Shown piece after piece: positions 1 through 13,960 of a DNA stretch of 64,000 nt; positions within the stretch are counted from its first letter, which is position 1, and each line of letters begins with the position of its first letter. The stretch comes from the human T2T-CHM13v2.0 reference genome, Homo sapiens. Under the pieces are notes generated by a model, which saw only the letters and a list, made by a program, of their open reading frames with translations, had not been told where the DNA came from and searched no databases. The stretch is taken from assembly GCF_009914755.1 (NCBI RefSeq), contig NC_060937.1; one strand, given 5' to 3'. Both the position numbers and the translations under genes were made by a program.

Positions 1-2334
1 GTCTTATACAACCTGTAAAGTAGGGTGCTTGACCAGTGTTGCTACCCTTTAGTAGATGCTGCATGGCTTTATTCTAACACCATTCTTTGGAATAGGTAGG
101 TATTTAATACCTATTCTCTGCAGCTTTTGACTTTCACTGCAAATTAAAAAAAAATACATTTACATTTTTATATACTACCTTCTACTTAATAGCACATGGA
201 AAAAGACTAAAAACCATTAACCTTAATCTATGTACAAATCATGGGAAAAATAGAGTTGTAGTAAGAGATGCTGAAACAGTCCTTTGTACCTCAGTTCCCC
301 ACTGTTATGGAAAATATTTAACAGCATGAAAACAACTTAATAGTCATAGACTCACTGGTCCCATCATTTCAACTCCTGAGTGCATCCATCCTAAATGTGT
401 TTATATAATCCTTATTTCTATAGGATTTTCAGTATGAAAGAAAAATCAAAATGCATGACTAGCACAATGCTGTCAATATGACACCATGTAAATCTAATCC
501 ACGTTGTTGGGGAAAAAATCAACTTCTTTATAGTCGAATAGCTCTTAAATAATAAAGTTTACTTTGGATAATTAATCATAAGAATCCTGCTTACACATCT
601 CAACCCTAATCTTATAAATCATATCACATCTTCTTTTCATTTAGTAAGAATCTAGATGATTTGTATAACTTTTGTTGATTTATGGTTTTAAAGTAGAGCT
701 CTCGAAGGGCTCAGTTAACATGGAAATCAATAATTGCTGAAGCTAAAAGGGCACTGTATAGGTGAATTTCCTTCTCTCCCTACAATGCTCTGCAGTACAC
801 AATTTCCTGTGTTTCTCCAGATATGTTGCTTGAGCATTACCATGGAATTAGCAACCAAGAGTTCCTCATCTTAAAATCTAATTGGGCTTTAATTCTTATG
901 ATTAGTACTGTTAATCTGATTATTAACAAATATTTATTTCCCAAAACCTAGCCTTAAGAAATTAAAAAAAAAACTTCAGAATTGTCAGGGGAAATTAAAA
1001 TTTATGGATTCTCTTGATCTATATTAATACTACTCAGTTCCCAAGTGCCCTAGATGAGTTACTATACTTCAGATGATGCTCATTTAAACAAAATGTTTAC
1101 AGTGTGTTAACTCATATTCTCCACTGTTCCATTAAATATTTGAGATGGTTTACAAAACATATGTAACTCAGCAACATAGCATTCATAGTTGAGTAAGTAA
1201 AAGACAAAACAATGAGTAAATTTAGCTGAGGTAATTAATTAATGGAGAGAGGATTAAGATTATAAAGTATCTTTTTACAAAGAATCTACAGTGTTACAGT
1301 AGGTCTAAACCTACCTTTTTTGGAAGAATTTTATCCATACCAGAAGGAGAAAATGTATTTATGTCACAAATATTCTTCAATAGGAAAATGTTATTATTAT
1401 ACTTTTCAAAATAAGTCACTTAAGTTTCCAAATAAGTCACTAAGTGTTTAAAACATTTAACACGTTTTAAAATTTTTACTGTAAGCAAATTTTTTAAAAG
1501 GCATAATATGAGATAATTGCAATACACAACATATCTGTGCTTTCCTTTTTATTTTCCTTGATAAAAATAGACAATAACTGTGATTATAGTCCATAAGATA
1601 ACCCTTATAAACTTTCAAAGTTTGTAATCACCTCTTCCTTGACACTTCAAAAGATATCTTTCTGTTCTTTGAATTTTGTATATATTCCATTTTAATGTAA
1701 TTGGAGATTTTGAGCTTCTTCACAATTCCTTCTAAGTTTTCAGTAAGCATACTAAATTGTGGATCCAAGATCTGACTCCTGGAATACTTCTTAGGAGCTG
1801 ATAGCTGATAGGCTTATCACTGAATTTTTCCCAGGGATATTGAATCATTCCTGATTTTTGATCTTTCCCTAAAGAATCTTCTTCCAGGGTGAATAAACAG
1901 CCAATCTGTGCTTAATTCCACTATTTAGAGACTCATAGCCAAGATTTTTCTTAAATTGCCCATACGTGCCTTCATGTGTAAAGATGCCTTTCTAATGTGA
2001 AAGAAGTGTGAAAAGAGGGACAAAAGACATGCGGATCCCTCTATTTTGCACAGACATTGAGAGATTTCTTTGAAAGAAGCCACTCATTTAAGATCTGGAA
2101 CGTCTCACAATTCTATTTCCTTGCCCTAAAGAGCTACTCAGCATCTTGCATCTGGGTTACCTTATTTTTAATATTGCTGAACAAAAATTTTATTTGCCTT
2201 AGGTGATAGCTATAAAGTTTGCATTAATATGTAACAATAATTATGAACACCTATAAGCTTCACCCACTGCATTGGAAACACTAGAAGGCCATGGACTGTA
2301 CATGATCTTTTCACTGTTACATGCCAGCACATAG

Positions 2335-2450
2335 CATTCATTCATTCACTTAACACAAATTTATTAAATACTTACTGTGTGCCAGGCTCTGTTATAGGGG
2401 TAGCAGAGAACAAAATAATGAGTGCTCTCAAAGAACTTACATTCCATTGG
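2335..2450 (-). mobile_element. L2 LINE 3' end fragment
   Basis: cattcattcattcac...atttattaaatacttactgtgtgccagg is the typical reverse-complement L2 tail; boundaries approximate. Confidence 0.7.
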
Positions 2451-2527
2451 CTGGCTCATGGAACTACTCAATGAGCTTTAGATTGCTTTATTAAATGAGT
2501 GAATAAATAAAAGAATTGGTGTCCCTA

Positions 2528-2876
<349 letters not shown>

Positions 2877-3775
2877 TAAAAATAATTCAAAAAATAGCTA
2901 TGTAGCTTTTATCTTCTGGAGACAAATCACTAATTAGTGGTATAAGTGAGCATTTTATGTAATGCATTTTTTATCTTTTTTTATTCAGTGTGTTTTCTTT
3001 CTTTACTCAGTTTTCTCTCTTTATGCACCCATTAGGAGATGTCATTATTTATGATGATTTATTATTTTTGCTGGAGGATGGCTATACTGAAAGGTAATCA
3101 TTATCATCCCCAAATATAAAAAGTGACACAATAAAAATATAAAGACTTCATGCTCATATTACTGCTATAGAAAATACACTGATAATATCAATAATGTTTT
3201 AATTACATATATCTTAAATATATAGAGAGATTAAAGGCTTATAAAGGGAAATAATTTGTCAATATAGAGATAAATTTAATGTATACCATTTCATATTTTG
3301 ATCTCATTTAAGGAAATAAATGGAACTGCTAATCCCTCCCTCCAAAAAACAACTGCAGTTTAAATTTTCCCAACTTTTATTTGCTCCATAAATTCCAATC
3401 ACATGCAACAAAGTGCTCATGTAATTATATTTCACTAAACTGACATTGGTTTGGGTTTGGTTTTATATTTACTTTCATCCATTCATTTGTTCTTCTGTTT
3501 TTCACTACATACTTATCTGCTTCCAACTGCTCTATTTCACACTAATCTCTATCCTCACGTTGTTTACAAACATGAATGAGAAGTCCTTGTAAATCATGAT
3601 TTCTATTTATATATCCATTAAGGTAATAATTATTGCTATAATTGGATCAGATGCAATTTTCATTGTAATGAACATTTTAAACTCAATATAAATTATTCAC
3701 TTTTAGGATTTATTTAGTATTTGCTTATATTTTAGTATTTAGTATTCAATTTTAGTGTTTAAGATTTATGTTTAT

Positions 3776-3820
3776 ATTATTTTAATGGAAAAAGCCACTA
3801 TTACTTTTACACCAAGCTAA
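3776..3820. mobile_element. MADE1 (Hsmar1-derived MITE), one half / one TIR
   Basis: tttaatggaaaaagccactattacttttacaccaagctaa followed by TA resembles the MADE1 right half TTTAATGGCAAAAACCGCAATTACTTTTGCACCAACCTAA. Confidence 0.75.
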
Positions 3821-3977
3821 TATTACAAATTATTTACTATTCATGTAAAATATTTATATTTAACATATAGTATTATCAGTAGGATTATAAATGAAAGAAT
3901 AATTTAGAGCTGGGAGGATTAATAAAGGCCATCACTGAGCCTAGGTCTTTTTTTCTTTCAGATGATATCCCCATTCA

Positions 3978-3978
3978 T

Positions 3979-4020
<42 letters not shown>

Positions 4021-4306
4021 GACAAGACCTCACTCTGTCACCCAGACTGTAGTGCAGTTACAGGATCATTAGCTCAGTGTATCCTAGAACTCCTGAGCTC
4101 AAGTGATCCTCCCACCTCAGATTCTCAAGTGCTAGGACTACAGGTGTGCATCACCATACCTAGCTATTTGTTTTTTTAAATTTTCTTGTAGAGATGCGCT
4201 CTTGCTTCGTTGCTCAGGCAGGTCTTAAATTCCCGGCCTAAAGTTATCCTTCTGACTTAGCCTTTCAAAGCACTGGGATTATGGATGTGGCTCATTGCAC
4301 CTGGCC
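3978..4306 (-). mobile_element. AluJ-type element with long poly-T tail
   Basis: Poly-T, then AluJ-type motifs (tcctgagctcaagtgatcctcccacctcag), ending cacctggcc; tatccc flanks both sides. Confidence 0.9.
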
Positions 4307-6562
4307 TATCCCTCTTATTAATATAAATATGTATTCTCTTGCTTTTGTGTTACACAAGATTTGGTAACCTAATGGGTATATTTTGGTGTCATTTCTATAC
4401 AGCTATTTACTAGTGTGCAAATTAGGATTTTTCAAATATTATGAATATTGCTAATTTTCTTATCATTTTCCCTTAACGATTTAAATTCCAGATTATCCAT
4501 GTGCTCTATAGGGTTTCAGTGATCCCATGCCACAAATCTAATCACTTGAGTTATATTTCAATAGATCTAATGTGTTGGTCAGAGTTATTTATAGCCTATG
4601 CTATGTACAGCGTGACAGGTAATTTAAGATAGAATTACAGGCCTTTATTGAAGAACAGACTTTTGGAATAATAGAAAAGTTAGCATGCCATCATCCAGTG
4701 TATATGTTCTCATGAGTGCTCTCATATTCAACATATGAACTGTCAGAGAAATCATTTACCATGGATGTCTCTGATGGATGAGTTACTCATTCTGCCTAAT
4801 GAACCTCTCAGCATTTCAACTCAACAGTAACTAAGCATATTCTTTACAGTTTTCAGTGTTCAAATACCTAGTATATTGCTAAGTCCTTAGGGGAACTCAA
4901 CAGTTGTTTGATTACTATTTGCTTATGATCCAAATAGATTAGGGAAGCAAGAAATAGACAGAAACATTATCAACGATAAAATTTGACATATTTAGGCACA
5001 CCAGTATTAACTTTAAAGGGGGCTGGCACATTTACCTATTAAACCCGTGACTACAATAAAAAAACTGTTGTTCAAAATTGATCAATTAATTAATATATTT
5101 ATATAGCACATATGCTACATGGATAGATCTCTTTCATAAAAGCATTCTTCAAGGTGTTTATATGTACTCCAAGATATATTTTACATCTATTTATTTATTT
5201 ATCTATTTACATTGATATATATATCTGTATATAGAGAAACATATAGATATATATAGCCATATAACTTTATATTTATAGACATATATGATACATTTTATAT
5301 ATTAATCTCAATACTATTATTATAATTACAGCAGTATATTGAGTCTTTACAATGTTTAATATATATTATATATTGGAACATTTTTCATTAAAGATACTCC
5401 TTACTTTCAAATTAAAAAAAAAAAGATTAAACTTAGCAAAATAGATGATATAAAATGGTCTTGTTTCTATGAAAATTGTTAAACCATGTTTTATTTGACA
5501 TTTGGAATGATTTTGCAATCCATGTGTTTATTTAGCATCAATTATCATAACTTCCTAAGAAATTCAACAATTCTTTTATGCCAAATATAAATCATAAAGG
5601 GAAAAGGGCAAATATCTCTTCATTTCTTTCTTTGCAACTGATATTTGATGATAGATTAGTGGCCACACCTACTCACAACCTATTTTTAAGTGGTGTAGAA
5701 CTGATTATGCTGTTGAATATATGAGTAGTATGTCATTTTTATTATTAAATGTCATATTTAAGTGGGAAAAAATATGAAATTTTAAAGATGTGAAGATTTC
5801 TTTAAATTCTCCATATTTGCTGAGCCTTTTTTTTCCCTGTATATTCACAGTAACACACAGAACTCTAGCTCATTCAACTCTACGGATTAGCTTTATACAT
5901 TTTGCACACGTGAATCTGGACTTAATTTTTCTGGAATCAGAACTAATCTATGGTGAAATATGGATATTGAAATGCAAACAAAATCAACACTGCCAAGAAG
6001 CCTCCCCAACAATCTGCTATTTACATAAGTTAACCCATATTGTGGACTATTGACTCTTGGCAGTAGACAAGTTGGCTACCTAATTTGTGCAGTCACTGAA
6101 TTTTTTAATATCTGGAAAGTTTCTATTCCTTAAAATATTATGTACTTTTACATATAATTTTTTTCTGGGTAGTGACTAAATGTATATGCTGGAATGAGAC
6201 AAATGTATATTTTACATACAAATAACTAAAGTGTGTCTATTTGAAGCAAATTATAAGTGATGTAAGAAAATAAGAGTTTGATATTAATTTCTAGTTTTTC
6301 TACACCAGTCTAAGAAATTTATGGAAGCCCTTAGTTGGTGCAGGAAAGTGTTTCCACTCTGGATTATGTTTTTTCCTACATATTCCCATGTTCTTTTCCA
6401 TCTACACTCTAAGAGTCTTTGTTTCTTACGAAGTCCTATTGCTACACAAAAATTTTTCCTCATTTTAACTGATGAAGTAATTGAAGTGTGCTTCATGTAC
6501 TATACTGGTATAGCTTACCCCCTGCATGACGCCTTCCTGTGCCAACATCCTGGGTTACTTGG

Positions 6563-7163
6563 TATGTTGTTTTTCTATGGTTTCCCTAACCAAAGATCAC
6601 AAACTGGGAGGCTTGGAAACAGAAATTTATTATCTCACAGTTCTGCAGGACAGAAGCCAACCATTAAGGTGTGAGCAGGCATGTGCTTCCTCTGCCTATG
6701 GATAGAATCCTTACTTGTTTCCTTGTAGCTTCTGGTGACGGTCATCAGTTTTTTGTGTTCCTTGGCTATATCACTCTTATTTCTACCTCTGTTATCACAT
6801 TGGCTATCTTCTCTCTCTATGTCTGTGTCTCTTCTCTTTTTCTTTTATTTTTTATTTTTGTAGAGAAGGGAGTCTTGTTATGTTGCCTAGGCTTGTCTTT
6901 AACTCCTGGCCTCAGGTGATCCTCCTGCATAGCCCTCCCAAAGCACTGGGATTATAGACATGAGCCACTGTGCCTGGCCTCTTCTCTTTTTCTTAAAGAG
7001 ATACCCGATAGTATTGAATTAGGGCCCACCCTAACTGATTATAATCTCATCTTAACTTGATTACATCTGTGAAGACTCTATTTTCAAATAACCTGATATT
7101 TACAGGTCCTGGGGGTTAGGACTTTGACGTATCTTTTAGGGGGACACAGTTCAGTTTCTAACA
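6563..7163 (-). mobile_element. MaLR solo LTR (MLT1B/C-like), interrupted by an Alu monomer
   Basis: aaactgggaggcttggaaacagaaatttattatctcacagttctg ... ttacatctgtgaagactctattttcaaata...gggttaggac...gggggacacagttca. Confidence 0.8.
6845..6979 (-). mobile_element. Free left Alu monomer (FLAM_C-like)
   Basis: Single ~135-bp monomer with a perfect 15-bp TSD tcttctctttttctt (6830-6844 and 6980-6994). Confidence 0.88.
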
Positions 7164-8154
7164 CTCAGTAATCAGAGGAATGGCTCCTCTTGTGTTAGGT
7201 CTTACTGTTCTGACTCTACAGAGTGCTCTGTGTCTTCTTTTGCCTTCCATTTCTTTGAGTTATTTCCTGATTTGAGAGCAATCTGAAGATGCTGCCTCCC
7301 ATCCTTGCTATACTATTATGCTTCCTGGGAGATTAAGAGTCTGCCAAATTTAGGGATGCCATTCCTTGCTGGGTCAGATAATAGTTTGATTTTTCCTTTT
7401 TTAAATTTACATTAAAGTAGAAGATCTGCAGACTTGAAGGCAGAATATAGTCAAAGGAATTTGCCTTTTTTTCTCCCATTAAAAGAAAAATCTAAGCAAT
7501 AGGCACCATTACCACTTGCTCTGTTATCAGGTTTTTGTCTTAATGTCAGAAATTTCAGTGACTCAAAAGACCTTGGGGATAGGAGCTGATATTGTAAAGA
7601 AACTGGGAATGTTTGGGGAAGAAAAAAAAAGTCATCAACCAAGTCCCAATAAGGAATCTCCAGTTACCATTCTAGCAAGAAGGAATTTGTCTTTTGACCC
7701 TTTACTATATTCTTAGGGCAGGATTGTCAGCCTTTTTATTTTTTTCCCTGAGGCAGGATGGTAGGTCCCTGGTGAAATTTAATTATAAACCCTACCTTAT
7801 CTTTATGAAAACCAATCACAACCTTGCCCTTGTTGAAATGAGTTACTCTCTAATGGATTTAGGAAGAAATATATATATTATAAAAAAAAAACTACCTAAA
7901 GTGCCTCAAGCAGGGAATGTTCATGTTATTCACTCTCCTTTATGCCGATCTATGCTGATATATAGATCAGCATGCTCATATATATAGGTTAACATGCATA
8001 CATTACTTAGGAAAAGTGATGGTAAATGCTTTTTTTGTTTTTTGGCTGGCATTTCTACATGACTGAGAGTGTGTTTTCTAGCATATTTTCACTGATATTT
8101 TTTCCAAACACTATGCAACATATCACTACCTGTAGGAGTAGGGGCTCTTTTCTT

Positions 8155-8475
<321 letters not shown>

Positions 8476-8799
8476 TAGGGGCTATTTCTTCTATATGTTT
8501 TAATACAGACAAATAAGATCTACCACCTATAATAGAATGAAACACACTATTATAACAGCCTGTAGATGAAGATTTTCATATTTGGAGCTGACGAATTCCA
8601 TAATGAAAATTAAATTGGTTTTGATGTAACACAGTGAGAGTTATATGGCTTCACAGTGGGACAGACTGGGTTACAATTCTGGTTTTATTCCTTACTAGCA
8701 CAGAGATTTGGGGAAGGTCAATTGAAAAAAACACAAAAAAGCATCTATCATATACATGGTACTCATTTAGGTTGTCCAGTTATAAACCTTGAAGCCAAC

Positions 8800-9175
8800 T
8801 GCTATCAAATGAATGTGTGACCCTCCACCACCCCCACCAAATTTATAGGTCGAAAGCTAAATCCTATTGTGTTAGTATCTGGAGATGCGGCCTTTCAGAG
8901 GTGGTTAGATAATGATAGTAGAGACCTTATTAGCTAATCTTTGATGGGATTAGTGCCCTTATACAAGAGATCCCAGAAAACTCCCTTGTCCCTTGTGCCA
9001 AGTGAGCACCAAAAAGGTGCCCTCTGTGAACCAAGAAACAGGCCCTCACCAGACACCAAATCTGCTAGCACCTTAATCTTGGACTTCTTTGCTTCCAGAT
9101 CTATGAGAAATAAGTGTTTTTTAAGAATCACAGTCTATGGTATTTCTGTTATAGCAGTCAAAAGGGACTAAGACA
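8800..9175 (+). mobile_element. MaLR solo LTR (MLT1A0-like)
   Basis: TG...CA termini; gatgggattagtgcccttata, gaaccaagaaacaggccctcaccagacacc, tatttctgttatagcag...gactaagaca. Confidence 0.88.
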
Positions 9176-9654
9176 CACATCTTTTGACAGTTGAATTTAA
9201 CATCCTACATAAACATGTAATTTCTGCTGTGAATTAGTATTCTTAAGAGAAGAATGTGCAAAAAAACAGTTTTAGCAAAACTCTAAAGATGGAGTAAAAA
9301 TAGAGCCTAGAATTTGTATTCTGAAAAGCTGCTTGCCATTCTGACTACTTCTCTGCCTCTAGAAAACAGTGGATAAATCCTTAATCTTCTCCACAACCTA
9401 TAAGTTGAAGATCAAATTGGTATAAACTAGCTACAAATTAATTTTAAAAATATTTCAAGGGAAGCATTTCATTTTTGAAATATAAAAGTTTTAATATTTT
9501 ATATTTTATGTGCTAAAACCTTTTAAAGATCAGAAAATTGGAAGTTTCATCTTTCTTTCAATAAAAATGAGGTAAAATAATATGAACTTAACATTTTATT
9601 AAACTATTTTTACATAAAATGTAAGATTTTGATATCCCAAATTATACCAACTTT

Positions 9655-10880
<1,226 letters not shown>

Positions 10881-11720
10881 TTTTTGAAACTTTTAATATT
10901 TGTATTTGCCATATTATTCTGAAAGTAAATATAAATTTTCTGGACAAGACCACATTATTATTATGTACAGGAATAACTGCATTACTACTCCATGTTGTGT
11001 TCTTTCCCCCATGTGGGGCAATGCATGAGAGCCAGATAAGTAGACCTGCTTGGGCAACAAAAGAAGTTTTCTAATGTTACGTGGAGGAACACTGAAATTA
11101 GGAACCTAGGAGTTTTTATGTATGCTGTCCAGATGCCACCAACCCCCAACACCACTCCGAGAAATGAGAGGAATCTAATCTTTCTGATGTGAACAAAGTC
11201 TCTTTCAGTAAAGAAGAGGACTGTAGGAGGGATTTTATCTTTTGGAATGTAAGTAAATGTTTATATGGGGTGGGAGGAGAGATAAGGCAAGTATTGTTTC
11301 CATGGCTCCAGGTTTTCTCTTACCTTAAAATGTAAATACATGCCTCCAGGCAGTTAAATCTCTCTAGTGTTCTCATTCATTCTGTCATCTTCTGACTTTC
11401 AAGCTCTGCTCGTTAGAGTAAGTTGCTGTTTTCTTTGCTCAGAAAGTCCTTACTTTCTAAAACATGAAAATAGGTATATTGCTTCTCAGCTGCTTTTTGT
11501 CCAATTTTCTATTAAATTCTCTCTTATTTATATAGGGTTGTAGAAATTCTTTATATATTTGGGTTGTATGTTTTGTAGCTTTTTGTTCTATGCTGGATTT
11601 CTGTATTTTTTACTCATTTTATTTCCATGGTTTAATATCAGTATTTTATGCTATCTTCCAGTTTAATAAACCTCTCAACTGCTGCATCTAATCTGTTATT
11701 AAACCCATTTGCTGTAATCT

Positions 11721-11848
11721 TTTTTATTTTTTGAAATGAGTTTTTGCTATATTGCCCAGGCTGGTCTTGAACTTCTGGGCTCAAGTAATCCTCCCACCTC
11801 AACCTCCCAAGTAGCTGGGACTATAGGCCCATGTCACCATGCCAAGCT
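11721..11848 (-). mobile_element. Alu monomer (FLAM_A-like)
   Basis: Single monomer with gtagctgggactataggc; diverged TSD tgctgtaatctt / tactgcaatctt. Confidence 0.8.
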
Positions 11849-12834
11849 TACTGCAATCTTAGTTACAATTTTTATATTATTTAGAATTTCCGTTCTATTG
11901 TATTTCTGTATGCCTGATCTGTGGTAAATTTCTGTATTTTGTCACCTTTTAAAAAAACATACTAATCACAGTAAATTCAGAGACAGTGTCTGATACATCT
12001 GATAGATGAATCACCTGTGTGCCTGTTTCCTCTTGCTCTTATTTCCTGATAATTTTTAATTGAATGCTATAAATTCTAAATGGAAACTGTAGATATTCTA
12101 TATGATGCTAAATTTTCCATAGAGGATTTAATTTTGCTTTTGATGAAGAATTTGATTAAGGGCAAATCACCTTACACCCTAATCCACTCTCAGATGAAGG
12201 GGACTGGATTTTGGAATTTTGTCTGGTTCTTTTAAATCTTACTCTTAGGGTTTAGTATTTCAGTGTTTTCTTCTGAAATCCTGCATATAAGAATCCATCC
12301 TTCCTGGAGAGCCCTGATATCCAGTTTTTGTTTTCCTAGAATTTTTGGCTTCAGAAAACTTTGTTTGGGTTCTCAATCTGTAGGTATTATGCCATTTATA
12401 AATCAGCAAATAATTTACAGAGGGAAGTGACACTAAATGTCAGCTTTACCTTAGTGCATTTACTCATTTCTTCAAGATCATGGTGCCCTAAATTCTGGCT
12501 GCCTTAGTAGTTCCCTGATACTTAAAAAAAAATTGTTTTTGTTTTGTTTCTTTTGGCTGTATTTTGCAGATTTTGTTTCGGTATTTTGTTTTTCCAGTTA
12601 TTATTCACAAAAGGGCTTATTTTCTAAGTTGATCCATTACAGCCAGAAATTGAAGTCTTACTAAAGCTACAATAATTCCTAAGTTTCTACATATCAGTTA
12701 GCCTTGATCAAAAATTTTACTTTATTCATAGAATATTTTCGATGTATCATATTGTCATTTTTTATTATTTCATGTTCTTTGAACTCACACACTCGTACTA
12801 GTTTGTAATTAAATTGTTTTCTGATTAATTCAGT

Positions 12835-12950
12835 TTACATCTCTATCATCACTAGACTGTAAACTCAAAGAAAGGAAGGGTTGTGCCAATTTGCTTACCA
12901 TGCTATCTCTGATGCCTATCATACAGCCGACACTCAATGAATACCTTAAA
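12835..12950 (+). mobile_element. L2 3' end fragment
   Basis: ctagactgtaaactc...tgcctatcatacagccgacactcaatgaata resembles the L2 3' end. Confidence 0.6.
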
Positions 12951-13960
12951 ATTCTGTCTAAACAAATAAGTACCTGGGAAATATTTAAGAAAAAAACATA
13001 TAAAATTCAGCTAGCTCTCAATTAAGTGTTATATTGGTCTAAATTGAATAAATTCATATAGGTTAGTCAAACAAATTTTATAGGAAAAGTTTCTCTAGAA
13101 ATTAAAATTAAAATATAACAAATTTTACATGAGCTATTTTCTTTATAGCATCATTATTAAAAATTCAAGCACATACTGTAGATGCAGTACTTTTAAAAAG
13201 AGTTTTAAATAAAAAACATTGTCAACTATTTTATAAAAATACTTGAAAGCTCTGGTGTGGAAAACAAACTTAAAAGTAGATAATAAGCATGATTGTATGT
13301 AAATGCTTATATCAGAGACAAATGGGAAAAAGTTTATTAAAATCTTAAAAATACAGTTAAATAAAATTTGTTTTAAAAAGGCATGTTTAATCGCAGGAAA
13401 TTTTATGGATAGTCTATTAATAAATGAACATAATATAAAAGTTGTTATCCTAAATTCTCAGTTCCATAAACAATATAAATTCTCTGGTAAAATTCTCATC
13501 TTTGACATATGGCCTAAAAATTTCAGCAGATTACTTTACCACATAAACTTTTTGTTGTTGTTGTTTCTAACAAGTGTTCTTTTGAGCGTTAATTTTGAAC
13601 AATCAGTCCCTGAAACCCGCTATCCCAGCATGTTGTCTACTATTATAAAACTATGTTATTCAAGGGAGGAAAAATATCTATCAACATACCTACTTAAATT
13701 TTCTACTTATGGAAATTTTTGTAAGGAAATTTCAAGTCAGAAGTAAATAAATGACAGATCAGTGCCAGAGTCACATAGTTCCTATTGGTAACAAGATAGA
13801 AATCTAACATTTCTATTTCAAATGACATATTCTAAAATACAGAGGTACATTTTGGAGTCAGGATTTAGTAGTTATTAGAATAACATCCCCATATGGCCAA
13901 GAACAAATACAATTTTATCATCAATAAGATACTAGATAAAGGCAACTAGAAATAATGCCT

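Noticed and set aside
1403-1445. ~20-bp direct repeat aaataagtcact(t)aagt; similar case at 46686-46721
   Set aside because: Ordinary slippage-type micro-duplications with no further structure.
7952-7973. Small hairpins (atgctgat/atcagcat here; atgttaca/tgtaacat near 23845)
   Set aside because: 8-bp arms are expected by chance in AT-rich 64 kb and are too short for a pre-miRNA.
10960-11460. Possible old LTR-like segment interrupting the L1M
   Set aside because: Composition shifts here, but I cannot assign a family, termini or TSD by eye.
13303-13746. 147-aa ORF
   Set aside because: I/L/K/N/F-rich composition typical of AT-rich noncoding DNA; no recognisable domain or exon structure.
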